From NCBI GenBank assembly GCA_964106645.2, contig OZ067046.1: 64,000 nucleotides of DNA. One strand, 5' to 3'. The translations under genes and the position numbers were made by a program. The notes under the pieces are model-generated. The model did not search any database, was not told the origin of the DNA, and saw only the letters and a list, made by a program, of their open reading frames with translations. Source of the stretch: Podarcis pityusensis (Eukaryota). This document shows, one piece after another, positions 23,899 to 36,388 of this stretch (the stretch's first letter is position 1; each line of letters starts with the position of its first letter).

Positions 23899-26300
23899 AC
23901 ATAAACTAATGCAGATACAAAGTAGTGGCAAAGGCGATGGTGAATCAGGTATAGACTTCAGGGCTGATGGTAGAGAGCCTTGCTACCTGCACAGGAGTGC
24001 AAGAATGGAGCGTGGAAGCAAATGTAAGCACTTGCTGACATTGGGTGCTGGCTGAGAGCCACAAAGCAGAGTCTCCTCTAAATCACTGCTGAAGCAACGT
24101 CTTCCTGGGGGTGGGGTGAGAATGAAACCCAGCAAAGCCAAATTCTGCTAATTAATAAATACTAAGTCAGGACTGCATCCTCTGGTGCTATGAAATGAAT
24201 TTTCAAACATCCATCATATGCTTAACTCTTTTCTCACTGACTGACTGAAAAGTATTCTCATTGATTTAAGATCCAGGCCATGGCAACTTCCTTTAAAAAT
24301 CATATCCTATGTGCATAGTCAGAGGGGAAAAATCTTTCCTCTAACTTCCACAGCACAGGCATACACTCAGGAGGTCACTTGTGTCAGAACCACAGGAGGT
24401 AGCACTTTGAGGCAGGGACAGATATGAGGTGGTATAAGCTTAGAATCTTTAAGCATTTATACTGCCTGACCTGCTGACCTGGTGCTATGCATAGACTATT
24501 CCTGCCTGGGGCAGGAGTAATCTGCCCTGGGGGTTAGGTCTGGATCTACTGTCAGATGTCATATGTGCTTTTCTGACAGTATTATTTTGCATCCATTTCA
24601 GGACAAATAGTAATAGAATTTGAATTATTCTCTCTAAGAAGTAAGTGGCATGTATTTAATCATTTCATTTTGCAGAATTGTACCCTAAAAGCCATTAACA
24701 TACAAATGAACACTATAAACACAATATGAATTTGTACAGGATCACCTATTACTTACTGTAAACCATTAAGCCGGAGTGAGGTTTTGTGAACAATCTTTAA
24801 GCAATTGATATAATACTGTATAGCAAAGCAGCCACAGAAATTACCACCAGTTTCAATCACTTGTAATATTAATAACTTTAGTACTAAACCACCACACAAC
24901 TTTTTCTTTTTCTTTTTAAAGTGATGCATGGGTTCTAAGTAACACTCATTTTCATGCTCCCATCATATAATTTAAAGTGCATGTTTAAATTACATATTAA
25001 AGAGATATAAATGGCAAAACAATTAACTCATATGTTGAAAATGAGTTAAATGAAATGAATTTCCAAGCAATGGTCAACTATTTAAAACAGGAAGTGCCAG
25101 AATAGGGCAGAGAAAATGATAAGCTTAATTTACATTTGTGTGTTTGTGTGCATAATTTTTTCCAACTTATTTCAAAGGAATAGGAACTGTAGCCTCCTGG
25201 CAATCACTAATATATTGTTTGTATTCTGAGTTGAGATTATCCACTAGGGTGCTACACTGAAGTTGCCTATGCTATTTTGACACGGCAACCAGATGCTCCA
25301 ATTTTGCTTGACTGACTTTAAGCTGAGCCAGAATGCCTTAAAGCAACACTGAAAGGGGAAGGGTTCCATGAACAATTAACGCACTCTGGTGTCAAAAGAA
25401 GTGTTTCAAACACCTAGCACTGTTACTGAAATGACCTTTTTGTCAAGAGGTGGCCTTTTGCTGACACTCTGCAAGTTATGATTTAATGCAAGAGACAGGT
25501 AGCTTGAATCAGACAAGAGTTAATTCTATTTCATAAGTACTAAGTGCAATATAGGAGTGCCACTAACATGCAACATAAACCAAACGAAAAGTATATATTT
25601 CTGCTGAACGTACATCCAGAATATATATTGACTTGCTCATTTAATTGGTCTGTGTGTATAAAACTGACAATAGTACAGTGAGAAATACTGTCTCGATAAA
25701 GCAACTTCTGCTATGTGGTATCGGCTCTAGGGTTCATTACTTATCTGAGTTCTGTCTGAACAAATTAATTAATAGGTTAATTCTGTTTGTTTTCTCAAAC
25801 TTTTGATCACAAGGGAAATTGTTTTATTGTTTTAGCTGCTCCCTACTGGGCTGTTTGGTAAAGTTTTAATACATCTATTTTTGTATTATTTTAACGTTAT
25901 TTATATGTAAGCCATCTTGAACATTAATTGATGCAAAGGCAAGGGATAAATCTTTTAAAACAAATAGTATCCATCCATGTGCAGCTGGGCTGTGAGTTTC
26001 CTCAAGGAATTCAGTGCTACAAATTGTACAGGACACTCATCCCTAAAAATTAAGTTAGTACTTAATATGATATACATTATGTGGTCTAGCTGACTGCAAT
26101 AACAACATATTTGTTTTTGCAAAGTGTGGCTGTATGCATGCATTCCTTTCTTCAATAAGACAGGCAATTTAAGATAGCTAAAAAGAAAAGTGTTATCCAA
26201 GGCAATTGTGGGGGAGAAACATATTAAAGTGTGGGGGAAATGAGTAGAATTGATCTAGAGCAGGAAAAGTCTTATGGCAGATTTCTTACATAATTTAAAA

Positions 26301-26418
26301 CAGGGGTGGGAACTGTGCCTGTCATGTTTTGGACTCCAAATCCCATCAACCCCTGCATGGGTGGGGGGCAGGGATGATGGAAACCATAGTCCAGCAATAT
26401 CCTGGTGCCCCTTGCCTG
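26301..26418. mobile_element. Short hAT-Charlie-like MITE (about 135-bp family), diverged
   Basis: CAGGGGTGGGAAC start; ggactccaaatcccatca...gggatgatgg core shared with 15563-15700. Confidence 0.7.
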
Positions 26419-26737
26419 ACTTAACGTTTGATCTTATTGACAAAAGTATTAGGAATAATGATACATATCAATACAACATCATTTCATAATTACAAAGGGT
26501 TGTATCCAATGGCAGCTTTATCTTAGAAGATCAGGCTTCTGTTTGTTCAAACTGGAACACCCCCATGGGAAACCATGGGTTCATCCCAGATTCAAGCATC
26601 ACCAAAACGTCATCCTTTACCTAGATTTGACAACATTGCAGTCTTTGCTTTCCCATTGTGCTGCACTTTGTTAGCTATTGCTTGAAAAGACAGAGAACCT
26701 CAGAGTACAATGACATCACATCATATGCTTTGTATTA

Positions 26738-26979
26738 CAGAGGTACCTCGGGTTACATACGCTTCAGGTTACATACGCTTCAGGTTACAGACTCCGCTAA
26801 CCCAGAAATAGTACCTCGGGTTAAGAACTTTGCTTCAGGATGAGAACAGAAATCATACTCTGGCGGCGCGGGAGCAGCGGAAGGCCCCATTAGCTAAAAT
26901 GGTGCTTCAGGTTAAGAACAGTTTCAGGTTAAGAATGGACCTTTGGAACAAATTAAGTACTTAACCTGAGGTACCACTG
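26738..26979 (-). mobile_element. Tigger-like MITE, family A, opposite orientation
   Basis: Reverse complement of 5646-5887; TA TSD. Confidence 0.92.
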
Positions 26980-29333
26980 TATTAAAAGAAATGTTACTGA
27001 GCACCAGATAAGCATTAGGCTGAGCTGTAGTTTTCTGCAGCTGCCATGCGTTCTCTATAACATCTGTTTCTAGTCAAAGTAAACAGTATTGTCCTGCAAT
27101 CCTAAACATGTTTACTCATAAGTGACTCTCATTTATTTCAATGGGAGTTACTTCCCTGTAAGCTTATGCTTGCATCTTCAAATAATAAACAGTGTTATGA
27201 CATTGTAGTCAGGTTGAATAATATTCATATCGGCTATCTATAGAACCAGCTTGCATAAGAATCTATTTGGAATAAGTATTTTGAAAATGTCTCCAAGACA
27301 GGTTCAGACACATAAAAACCAGCAATCCATTTCAGAATAGAGCTCAGATGTGAAATGTTATACTTTTCTGACTTATTTAACATAACCAGTTTCCACTTGA
27401 AACATGAAATATACTCTTGTGTATTTGTGTGTGTTCAGAATAGGATTATATTTTCCTAAAATTATTATTCTTCATATACATTTGCACTCTGCCACAAAAC
27501 CACTTTACTGTGACTCTCTAACTCTAAAGACTCTGAAGTACGAATGGATAAAAGAGTCCTAATCCAGTCTGTGTTCCCTGCACATGAGTAGATCATCAAA
27601 TCCATCCCTGGTTCACGTGGATTTTTTAAAAGGAAATATCCTTAAAAGTCTGCATGCTTTTAACAAATTTAAATTGTTTTTGGAGAACTTATGAGGGTTT
27701 CCCTGGTTATTTATTTATTTTTAAAAAACTGTTATCAATCCAGGATATATGTCCAATATTCACTGTTGTTTCAGAGTAAAAGCAATATATAATTGATCTC
27801 TCCACCTCACCACAATTTGCATTGTGTTTCCTTTGCGTTGAAATAAATGGTGTTGAAGAATGTAATTTATTATGGAAAATTCCATAACAGGTCACAGTGA
27901 GACAAATAATGCAGTTTTTGTTGGAAGCTGAACGGCGGCAGAATGAAAACAGCAATGCATGTGAACAACACAGGTTGGAACAGAAATGATGTCTTCTTAC
28001 ATCCCTACCTGGATGATGGTATGGAGAAAATGATGGCATGTACCTTTGGGGGGGGGGGATCCATATATTTATCCATACAGGCTAGTAATGGTTGTATCTC
28101 AAAGTAGCTGAAAATGCCTTCCTTTAAAAAAAACAACAACAGAGAAGTTCTCAGGCCACCTTGTACTAATGTAAATTGGAACAAACCATGCTTTGGAACA
28201 GTGAATATACATGCAATCTAATCCACTTGTCTGTGCTTTGATCAGAGCATGATCTGTCAGATGTAGATTGGGGAGGGGGTTCACTCCAAATTGTGGATTG
28301 AACCAAAATTCTTCCCCATTCCTATTCTGAAGAGGTATGCCACAAATCTAGACACTGGCTAATGTTTTGTCACCAATTTCTTTAATTAAAAATATTTTTG
28401 TTTATGCCCTTAATAAAATGATACAGCACTGTTGTAACTCAGTGTGGTGTAAGATCATATTGATGCCTAAAAGGGTGGATTAATTTATATAAAAGATCAA
28501 GAAAGTAAGTTGTTTCTGGGTTATTGGCCTCTTAATCTTGTATATTAATTCAGGTAATGTACCACTACCACTATCTTCTATTTAATTATTTTTATTTATG
28601 TACCATTAAGCCCAGTTTTCATTACTTTTATTGTGGAAAGGGGATAAGTCCATTGTATTGGCGCAGCATTGTCATCTCATTTGCAATCCTCAAAAGACCC
28701 CTTTTCTTCCTGGAGAAATCAAATGACATAATCTCTGGCACTCTTTAGAAACCTTCTTTTTTATTTCTTTAATTAGGAGTTTTCACTAGGACCTCCTCCT
28801 TGAACTCTTAGCATTTTAATACACTTCTGCCTCACTAACCCGGCTGATTTTGTGCAGCACACATTCCTGATCTGCAAGAAAGCTGCTTTCTTCCAAGACT
28901 TTTCATATTCTGCCCTAATCCCTTGGTAATTACAAAGGCTCTCTCTGCAACAATAAGCAAGTCTGAGAGGAATTTCTGTTGCGGTGCTTCTCACAGAAAA
29001 ACTCTGCTTGAGCATCCCAGTTAAATTTTCTTCCCAGGAGTCTCAGACTCAGAATACAAGCCTGCAAAATGCCAAAAGAGAGGCACTCAAAGGTTATCGT
29101 GGAAACCTGGGTTGTAACAAAACTTTGGTTAAACAGGAGTGAGAAAAGAACGTCTCCTGACAAAAAATTGTTCAGTCAGGACGGGGTTAAATTCCAATTC
29201 TAAAAGCTTTGCCACAAAGATGACAGCGCTTCAAAACATTTATTTAATGGCTTATAACCATTTACCTCAGGGCTCTTTTGTAACTTTTTCTGTATTGGTT
29301 TATATATAATAGTGTTATTTGGTACATTTACCT

Positions 29334-29670
29334 CAGGAGTGGGAAAATATTTTCAGCTTGAAGGCCGCATCCCCTTCTGAGCAACCTTCCAAAGGTCACA
29401 TGCCAGAGTAGTAGGTGGGGCCAAAAGCAAAAGTAGGTGGAGCAACAAATTTAAATTTTACCTCAGCATAGTAGGCTAGTTTCTATTCACACAGTCTTCT
29501 TTATCCTCCATCTGGGCAGGCAAGAGGCATTACCAGAGTTCAAGGATACATTCCAGCCAACCAAAAACATTTGGGGAGTCCTTGATCTTGGGTGGGGAAG
29601 AGTAGAGAGGTCAGACAGAGAGACCGGCAGCTCTGTATTCTTCTCCTGTACCTGAGGGTCCTCACGCTTG
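29334..29670. mobile_element. Diverged hAT-Charlie-like non-autonomous element
   Basis: CAGGAGTGGGAAAA start with GGCCGCA subterminal motif; similar start at about 30055; right end approximate. Confidence 0.45.
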
Positions 29671-29754
29671 CATGATGTGTGACCTGGTTAAGTGGATGGA
29701 GAGATTCTGCTTCAAAAAGCCCACAGACAAACAGCTATGTAATTTTTAAAAGAA

Positions 29755-29918
29755 GCCATCTGAAAGCAGCCCTGCTCAAGGAAGTTTTTAGTGTATGATG
29801 TTGTGTTTTTGTTTTTTACTATTTTTTGTTGGAAGCTGCCCAGAGTGTCTGGGACAACCCAGTCAGATGGGTGGCATATAAATAATATATTATTGATTAT
29901 TGATTATTATTATTATTA
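29755..29918 (+). mobile_element. LINE (L2-type) 3' end with a (TTA)n-like tail
   Basis: Homologous to 19257-19345 in opposite orientation; ends in ttatt repeats. Confidence 0.6.
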
Positions 29919-30330
29919 CATGTTACACACACACACACACACACACATGTAAAAAGCCTTCATTTCCTTCTTTCTAAATATAGATGATAGTATGTACCTT
30001 TCTTTGAAAGGAAGGGCAACAGAAGGTGTCATAATTATATTTTTATGGGTATTTCAGGAGTGGGCAATGGTTTCCCCCCTCAGGGTCTACATTCCTTTGT
30101 AAACAAGCTGGCAGTGGGCTAGGAATGCTCAAGAAATTTGATTTCTGTGAATGTAAGGGGACCTGATCCACAATGACTAGTTCTAACATGCAAATAAACG
30201 TGATTATCCTTCAGATTTCTCACTTCTCTAAATTTAGCAAAATAGCTTTTGGCTAAAAAAATATACAAAATTCCCGAAACAATGTATGATAAAAAACATT
30301 TCAGATGTATTCAGTAACGGAATACGGCTG

Positions 30331-30563
30331 TATATATAAAAATAAATTTAAAAATTGTCCAGTAGCACCCTAGAGACCAACTAAGTTTGTTCTTGGTATA
30401 AGCTTTTGTGTGCATGCCAGAGGTATCTGAAGAAGTTTGCATGCACACGAAAGCTTATACCAAGAACAAACTTAGTTGGTCTCTAGGGTGCTACTGGACA
30501 ATTTTTTAATTTTTTTGTATATTTCAACTGTGTCAGACCAACATGGCTATCTACCTGAATCTA
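30331..30563 (+). mobile_element. Penelope-like retroelement terminal (pseudo-LTR) remnant with an inverted partial copy
   Basis: 68-bp inverted arms at 30350-30417 and 30439-30506 (1 mismatch); 11-bp direct repeat GAATACGGCTG at 30320-30330 and 30564-30574; carries a hammerhead motif. Confidence 0.75.
30422..30461 (+). ncRNA. Minimal type I hammerhead ribozyme motif
   Basis: Stem I GGTAT/ATACC; core CTGAAGA (30427-30433); stem II gtttgc/gcacac; GAAA (30449-30452); minimal stem III GC; predicted NUH cleavage after CUU at 30456. Confidence 0.65.
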
Positions 30564-33191
30564 GAATACGGCTGGAACTTTTTAAAAAATAAAATGCTGG
30601 TACATGTGATAACAGGACAGTATGGATTTAGGGATGAGCATATGAGAAATTGACATGGACCAGCATGATCTGTCCTCCCTGCCCTAAATATTACTACCCA
30701 GTCAGTATTACTCTTAAGAATCTGGGTGCTTTCTAAGACTTTTCTTTCTCTGCTCAGGCAAGAAGTGATGGCCCCCTAAGTTCCAGAAAAGGGGAAGGCT
30801 TGAAAGCCAGGTTTAGATGCATGTTCTCAAATGGCTGTTCTCTCTTCTTGGGCAGGCTTCTGAAAGACCAAGAAGTTGGTCACAGACATCTCTCTCCACT
30901 CCAGCCACCACACTCAGTGGCTTCTGTCTGAAAAATGGCATTCTTCGGAAAGAAAAAGAAAAAAGGTGCAGTGTGGGGCTTAGAGTGACAAAACTGTTCA
31001 TAGCCCGTCTCTTTCTATCTATCCACCAGCAAGGAATGTGTTACGCTTGGAGGGGAGCAGAGGTCACATTCAGGAAGACTGTGAGCTGCACAGTGGATTG
31101 TCCACCTCTGGTTTCGCCTTCCAATACCAGGTAAAATATAAAACACAAATCAGTAACACCTAGAGGGTTACCTTCCCTATCTCCTAAAATAATTTCTTGT
31201 GCTTTTTGTATATTTGGCATAGAAAAGAAATCACTTAATTGACCTGGCTCTTCTCCCTATGTTAATCCCCTTTGGCTGCCTATCTGCAAGGCTAAGTCTC
31301 GAAGCATGAAAATCTGAGTTTTTCTATTATCTCTAAACTCAAAACCTCTTATTTTATTTTTAATGTTTTCCCATTTGGGGGAATTGATTATCTTTCACCC
31401 TCTAGCCGCAAAGAACATTCTAAGGAGTGAAATGATTTTAGAGAGAGTTATGTTACTAGGCATGGCCTACTAAATAGGTAACCATTTCCTCCCAATTATA
31501 TTGTATGCTTGAATTCAACCAGTTCTGCCCTACACAATCTGATCAATTTTTAATCTTGGAATTCAAGCAGCCTAAGAACATAGTTCTTCGGCATCTGTGG
31601 CCTTGTTGGTGAGAGGGGAAAGGTCAAGCTTATTTAATTGTATACAGTTGTGTTAAGAACTGTGAAATAACCACAAACAGAGAGATACAAACACACACAT
31701 GATTGCTTCCAACCAATGCAACTAATTGTGGATACATAGGATTCAGGTTAAAACAGCGTACAAATTGTCAAATCACTTCATTTCTCTTATAGTGACTAGG
31801 CTGCTTCTTCTAATTTGCTGTGCTCTTGTGAAGCAGGAATCTGAAACCTTAGGGGAGGAAAGAAAACATACAAATGCTATTACAGTACACATTTCTAAGC
31901 AGCAGGAAGTCTGTAGTAAGTGTCAGATTGATCAGGATTTTACTCTCCATATAAACAACTGCTATCAAGTGTACCATGGGAAAAGGTCAGGCATTCATCT
32001 ATGCTATAATATTTTTACCAATTTAGACTTAGACAAGACTTGATGGGGAATAAATTATTGAAAACTTTAAACTTGAACCACAAGTAGCTTTAAAAGCAGA
32101 ACAGCCTTCTACTTTTACATCCTTTCCAAGGAACTTGGATTTGCCAATGTACATAAAAATATGATAGGCAAGCTTGAGAAAGATCCGCCGACATTCTGGA
32201 AGAAGTGTATTGGCAGCATATATACATTATAAACCTCAATATGCAAAAGTACATATGCATATAAAACCACATGTAAGGAAGGAAGTGTGGATACTTAATT
32301 GCTATGAATAATGTGTAGCTGTTCAGCTTAATAAACTACAGGTTTGTAGAGGCGGGCAAGACCAGAGCTCATTTTGCCCTACCTTTTATTCAGAAGTGTG
32401 AACATTCACTTATCAGTCCCCCAAATATGAGCTTGTTGAGTTTACATTACAAAACAATACAAGCAAAATGTAGCTTTATTGCAGAAAGGCCATTGCAGAC
32501 CAGTTACATAGTGTAGGTAAAGGTTTACAATAATATAATAGAAGGTGAGTAGTAGCATATGTAATGGAGCATAGAACAAATGATTAAGGTGCTGTAAATG
32601 GGGAGAGTTCAGAAATGCAGGATTTCACTTCCAATAAGAAACTGCCATCTAATGTGGTTATGTTGTTATTAAATTGCCCTATTGTATGGCACACTCTTAG
32701 CATTGTAATTAAGCATAGAGTGGTAAACGACATTGATACATCTTAAGAACACTCCAAAGGAGCATGATGCATTAAATCCTTTATAATCCACATGCATTAA
32801 GGTCCCAGGATATCATTTACACCAACTTGTTTAAACACTTAGAAAAATAAATGCACACAAATTGCACACGTTTCAACAATTACTGTGAAATAAGAGGCTT
32901 CTATGCATTACTGATAGGAAAACTTGCCTTTCCAAAACAATATCTGTCACTAAAAAGTACCTGGAGGTTTACTCAATATTTATATGTTTAAATTCCTCAG
33001 TCATTATGATTTAAGGAAGAATGATAAGCCATAAACGGCAGCAGGCAGCTTGTTTTAAAAATAATTGTATCCACTCAGAATGAATGAATCTGGGGATCAG
33101 TGATGTCAAAAAGACACTTCCACTTGCCACCATAAAAGGTTACAGCTGAATGCCACATTATCTGCATTGATTTTACACCATCACTTTAAAG

Positions 33192-33330
33192 TAGGAATGG
33201 GGAATCTGTGACCCTCCAGATTTTGCTAGACCCCCAACTCTCATCATCCCTGAGCACTGACCACACTGGCTGGGGCTGATGAGAGTTGGTGTCCAAGAAC
33301 ATATGGATGACCATAGGTTCCTTTCCCCTT
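33192..33330. mobile_element. Short hAT-Charlie-like MITE (about 135-bp family)
   Basis: TSD CTTTAAAG/CTTTACAG; shared ccctccaga...aactctcatcatccc...gatgagagttg core. Confidence 0.75.
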
Positions 33331-33710
33331 CTTTACAGAATACAAGAGTGCTATATCCTAGGACATTGCAACCTAAAATTCAACACTGCAAAATTATCAA
33401 AGTAGAGGTAAGTGGATCCAGGGATAAACACTGAAAAAATACGTGATTGTTTTAGACAAATTTATTTAAGCTTGGTCACAGGCTTAACTGCAGTGGGGCA
33501 TGGGACAAGAACTAGGGGGTTGGGAGCGAACAAGGTAGCTATTGAGAAGGGATTTGAAGTAAGGAAGCTTGTAATTCATGTTGATACAGAATTCTTAGCG
33601 TAGAGAAGAAATCAAAGGATATGTGTTATCAACATATGGTTAATTTTCTAATATTTTTGACTACGACTTTATCAACCGAGTGGTTGTTTATAGATATGTT
33701 TTTAACTCTG

Positions 33711-33712
<2 letters not shown>

Positions 33713-33744
<32 letters not shown>
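33713..33744. repeat. (AC)n microsatellite
   Basis: Direct reading. Confidence 0.95.
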
Positions 33745-33746
<2 letters not shown>

Positions 33747-34224
33747 TATTCCTGATTTATTTGTTTTTGGCCAACTTACATACAGCCCTTTCAGTTAATT
33801 CCACTTGTGTGAACTATTAATTGTCAGGACTCAAAACTGCATTATATACTAAACCTGGCATCTTGTTCACTTGCTGAATGTTACCACCAAATGCTGTTCA
33901 AAGGCAGGAATTAAATGTTCTAGTGCTGGCTTGCTTTTTTTTGTTTTTGTTTGTCTGGGGAGGTCGGTTTCCTGGTGGCCTCTACCACAGAATCACCTTA
34001 CTACTACTATCTGTGCTGTGCCTTCAATTGCTAACCTGCTCCTTTTGAATAGGGTGGTGCCAAATTGAGTCAGGTTCTGTCCCCTTGCAACATGTCCTGA
34101 TTCAAATTAGGGATTGCATCCTGCCTCCACAGCTTGCTCTCTCTTGCCTAAGCAAGAAACATATTTATCTTGGAAAAAGGGGAAGCCTCAACAAAGCATG
34201 CAGACTTACTAGCCAGTTGAATAT

Positions 34225-34410
34225 TGACTAAACATTGGGAGAAACATCTTGATGGTAAGAATAGTTTGGTAATGGAACCAATAACTTAATGCGGTGGTGG
34301 GTTCTCTCCAGTGGAAGGTTTTGAAGCAGAGGCTCAACCGTCATGTTGGGGCTATCTAGATCTGAATTTCCTGTACCAAGCAGAGAGTTAGACTAGATCC
34401 CTTCAAACTC
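34225..34410 (+). mobile_element. CR1 LINE 3' end fragment
   Basis: gtggtgggttctc...ggttttgaagcagaggct...gactagatcccttcaaactc resembles the CR1 ORF2 end and 3' UTR. Confidence 0.55.
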
Positions 34411-35819
34411 ATTTTACACCTGCCCACTATATCTCTTTCATTTCCTTCCACTGTCACTTCTTCCCTGTGCTGGCTGAAGAAAGTGGCTTATATATCCATG
34501 TGCTTCAGATGGAAGTAAAAGAGCCCCTTCCTTTATCACCAGGCTGTGGGCACTTTGCTAGCTTCTACCAGCTGGAAGAATATGATTATTGCAGTGGACC
34601 AACTGAATCTGATGCTCCTGAACTTGCTTGCAGAATGATTCACTTCTCCAAAAGTCCCCTCCAAGTTTTGGACTACTACTTCTTTCAGCTTCCACTGGCA
34701 TGGTCAATAAGCAAGGATAATTGGAGCTGCAGTACAACATAGCTGGCAAGTATATGCTTGGGGAAGACCTTCTTAGTAACTAAAGAGAATATATACAGAC
34801 ACAGCATAAACATGGGGTACTTAGCATTGCTAAAGCAAAGACTATACCCCAACAGCAAGCTTGATGCAGCACTCGCCAGTAGTATGAATATGCAAAGGAT
34901 TCTACACATTTACAATTTCTAGTCTGCTAAGTAACATGAATTCAGCCAAACAAATATTAAATAGAAAGGTTATGAGAATAATAGAGGTCTTTGCCTAAGG
35001 CACATTTCTAACTCACATTAATATGAATGAAAGTTAACCATGGGCCAGAAGAGAAAGAATACATTGCTGTGTGTGTATGGAGTCTCTGAATATTTCATTT
35101 AAATATATATATATTTAAAAACGTCTAGTTTATCAGAACAAAGACTTCAGATTCTGTTTTAGAATTACTGAGGCGCAAGATAGGACCAGGAAAGTTCACC
35201 CGGCCATGTATATTTTACTGCAAACATGTCATTTTAGACATCTTTCAAAGCTGTATGTGAATATGAAAAGCAATCCTACTGAGGTATTCTTTGCAACTCC
35301 TCATTGACATATTCATGCAATGTAAAATCAATCAAAAACTGAGGAAGCATTTTATGGAAGTGGAGTGGGGGTGGGGAGATGGCTCCAAAAAAGCCATCTC
35401 CAGGATTTAAACTGTATAAAATATCAGTGGAAGCTGGCTTTTCTCTCTTTAAAATCTCAGCTTTAGATGAAAATTGAAACAAATATTGATTTTTTTTATT
35501 ACAAAATCCTTAACTATTAATGGAACATTTCCCATGCCATGCTGATGGATCCAAATTAGTGTACCAATTCTTCATAATCAAAATAACATAAAATACACAA
35601 TGACTTTTTCTTCTGTGCTGCTAGGAAAAGGTTAAATCTAAACTGGATAAGGTCTGAGTCAAAATGTGGAACAGTACAAATCTGCCCAAAATCTAATGTC
35701 ATATTTCTAGAAATGTAATATTTTGCCTTCTTGCATGTAAGAGTTTGCATGCCAGCTTTGCACTTTAGCCAGGATTATAATATTAACATAATGTGAGTTC
35801 TGGGGTGCAAAATATTTTG

Positions 35820-35903
35820 TCATAGAATTGTAGAGTTGGGAGGGACCATGAGGATCATCTAATCCAACCCCCTGCAATGCAGGAATTTTTTGCCCAACAT
35901 GGG
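35820..35903 (-). mobile_element. 3' part of a tRNA-Lys-derived SINE with a CR1-like tail
   Basis: Reverse-complement match to 63758-63842. Confidence 0.75.
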
Positions 35904-36320
35904 AAATTGTCACTTCTCCATAATGAGGAGTCTTAATTCTAACTTTGTGTCAAACAAACTTTTTTCCTTCCACATACACAGCGCAGTGGGAGACCTTTTT
36001 TTGTGGTGCAATTACATGCAACTAGGAAAGTGTGTGTGAATACTGGTAGTCTGTTGGCAGCGTTGATTGCGCCAGTCATTCCAATCTGATTATCACTCTA
36101 CCTCCCAGAACAGTTTTGGTTGGTTTGGAAAGACACACATGATCAGCCCTGTCCACATAGCTAGAATATTTGTATACACTTCGTTGTTTGATTATATTTT
36201 CTTCGTGATTGACTATTATGAAAGCTTGCCTTGAGGTTGCTTTTGGGAATCAAAAGCAAGATAAATGGTTTTATAAAACAAAACAAACATGTTCCTGGAG
36301 GTGAAGTGAAAGAGTGCTTA

Positions 36321-36388
36321 TGTGGAAAGTCTGTGAATCTGGGATATAAGATTGTGTGGAAAGTCTGTGAATCTGGGATATAAGATTG
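36321..36388. repeat. Perfect 34-bp tandem duplication
   Basis: tgtggaaagtctgtgaatctgggatataagattg twice. Confidence 0.95.

Larger units (their letters stand above)
30120..30686. mobile_element. Old hAT-Ac-like element that hosts the Penelope-like insertion
   Basis: TAGGAATG...CTGCCCTA termini; body resembles 5890-6266. Confidence 0.4.

Noticed and set aside
27891-27973. Protein-like frame VTVRQIMQFLLEAERRQNENSNACEQH between AG and GT
   Set aside because: No pyrimidine tract, weak donor and no recognised homology.
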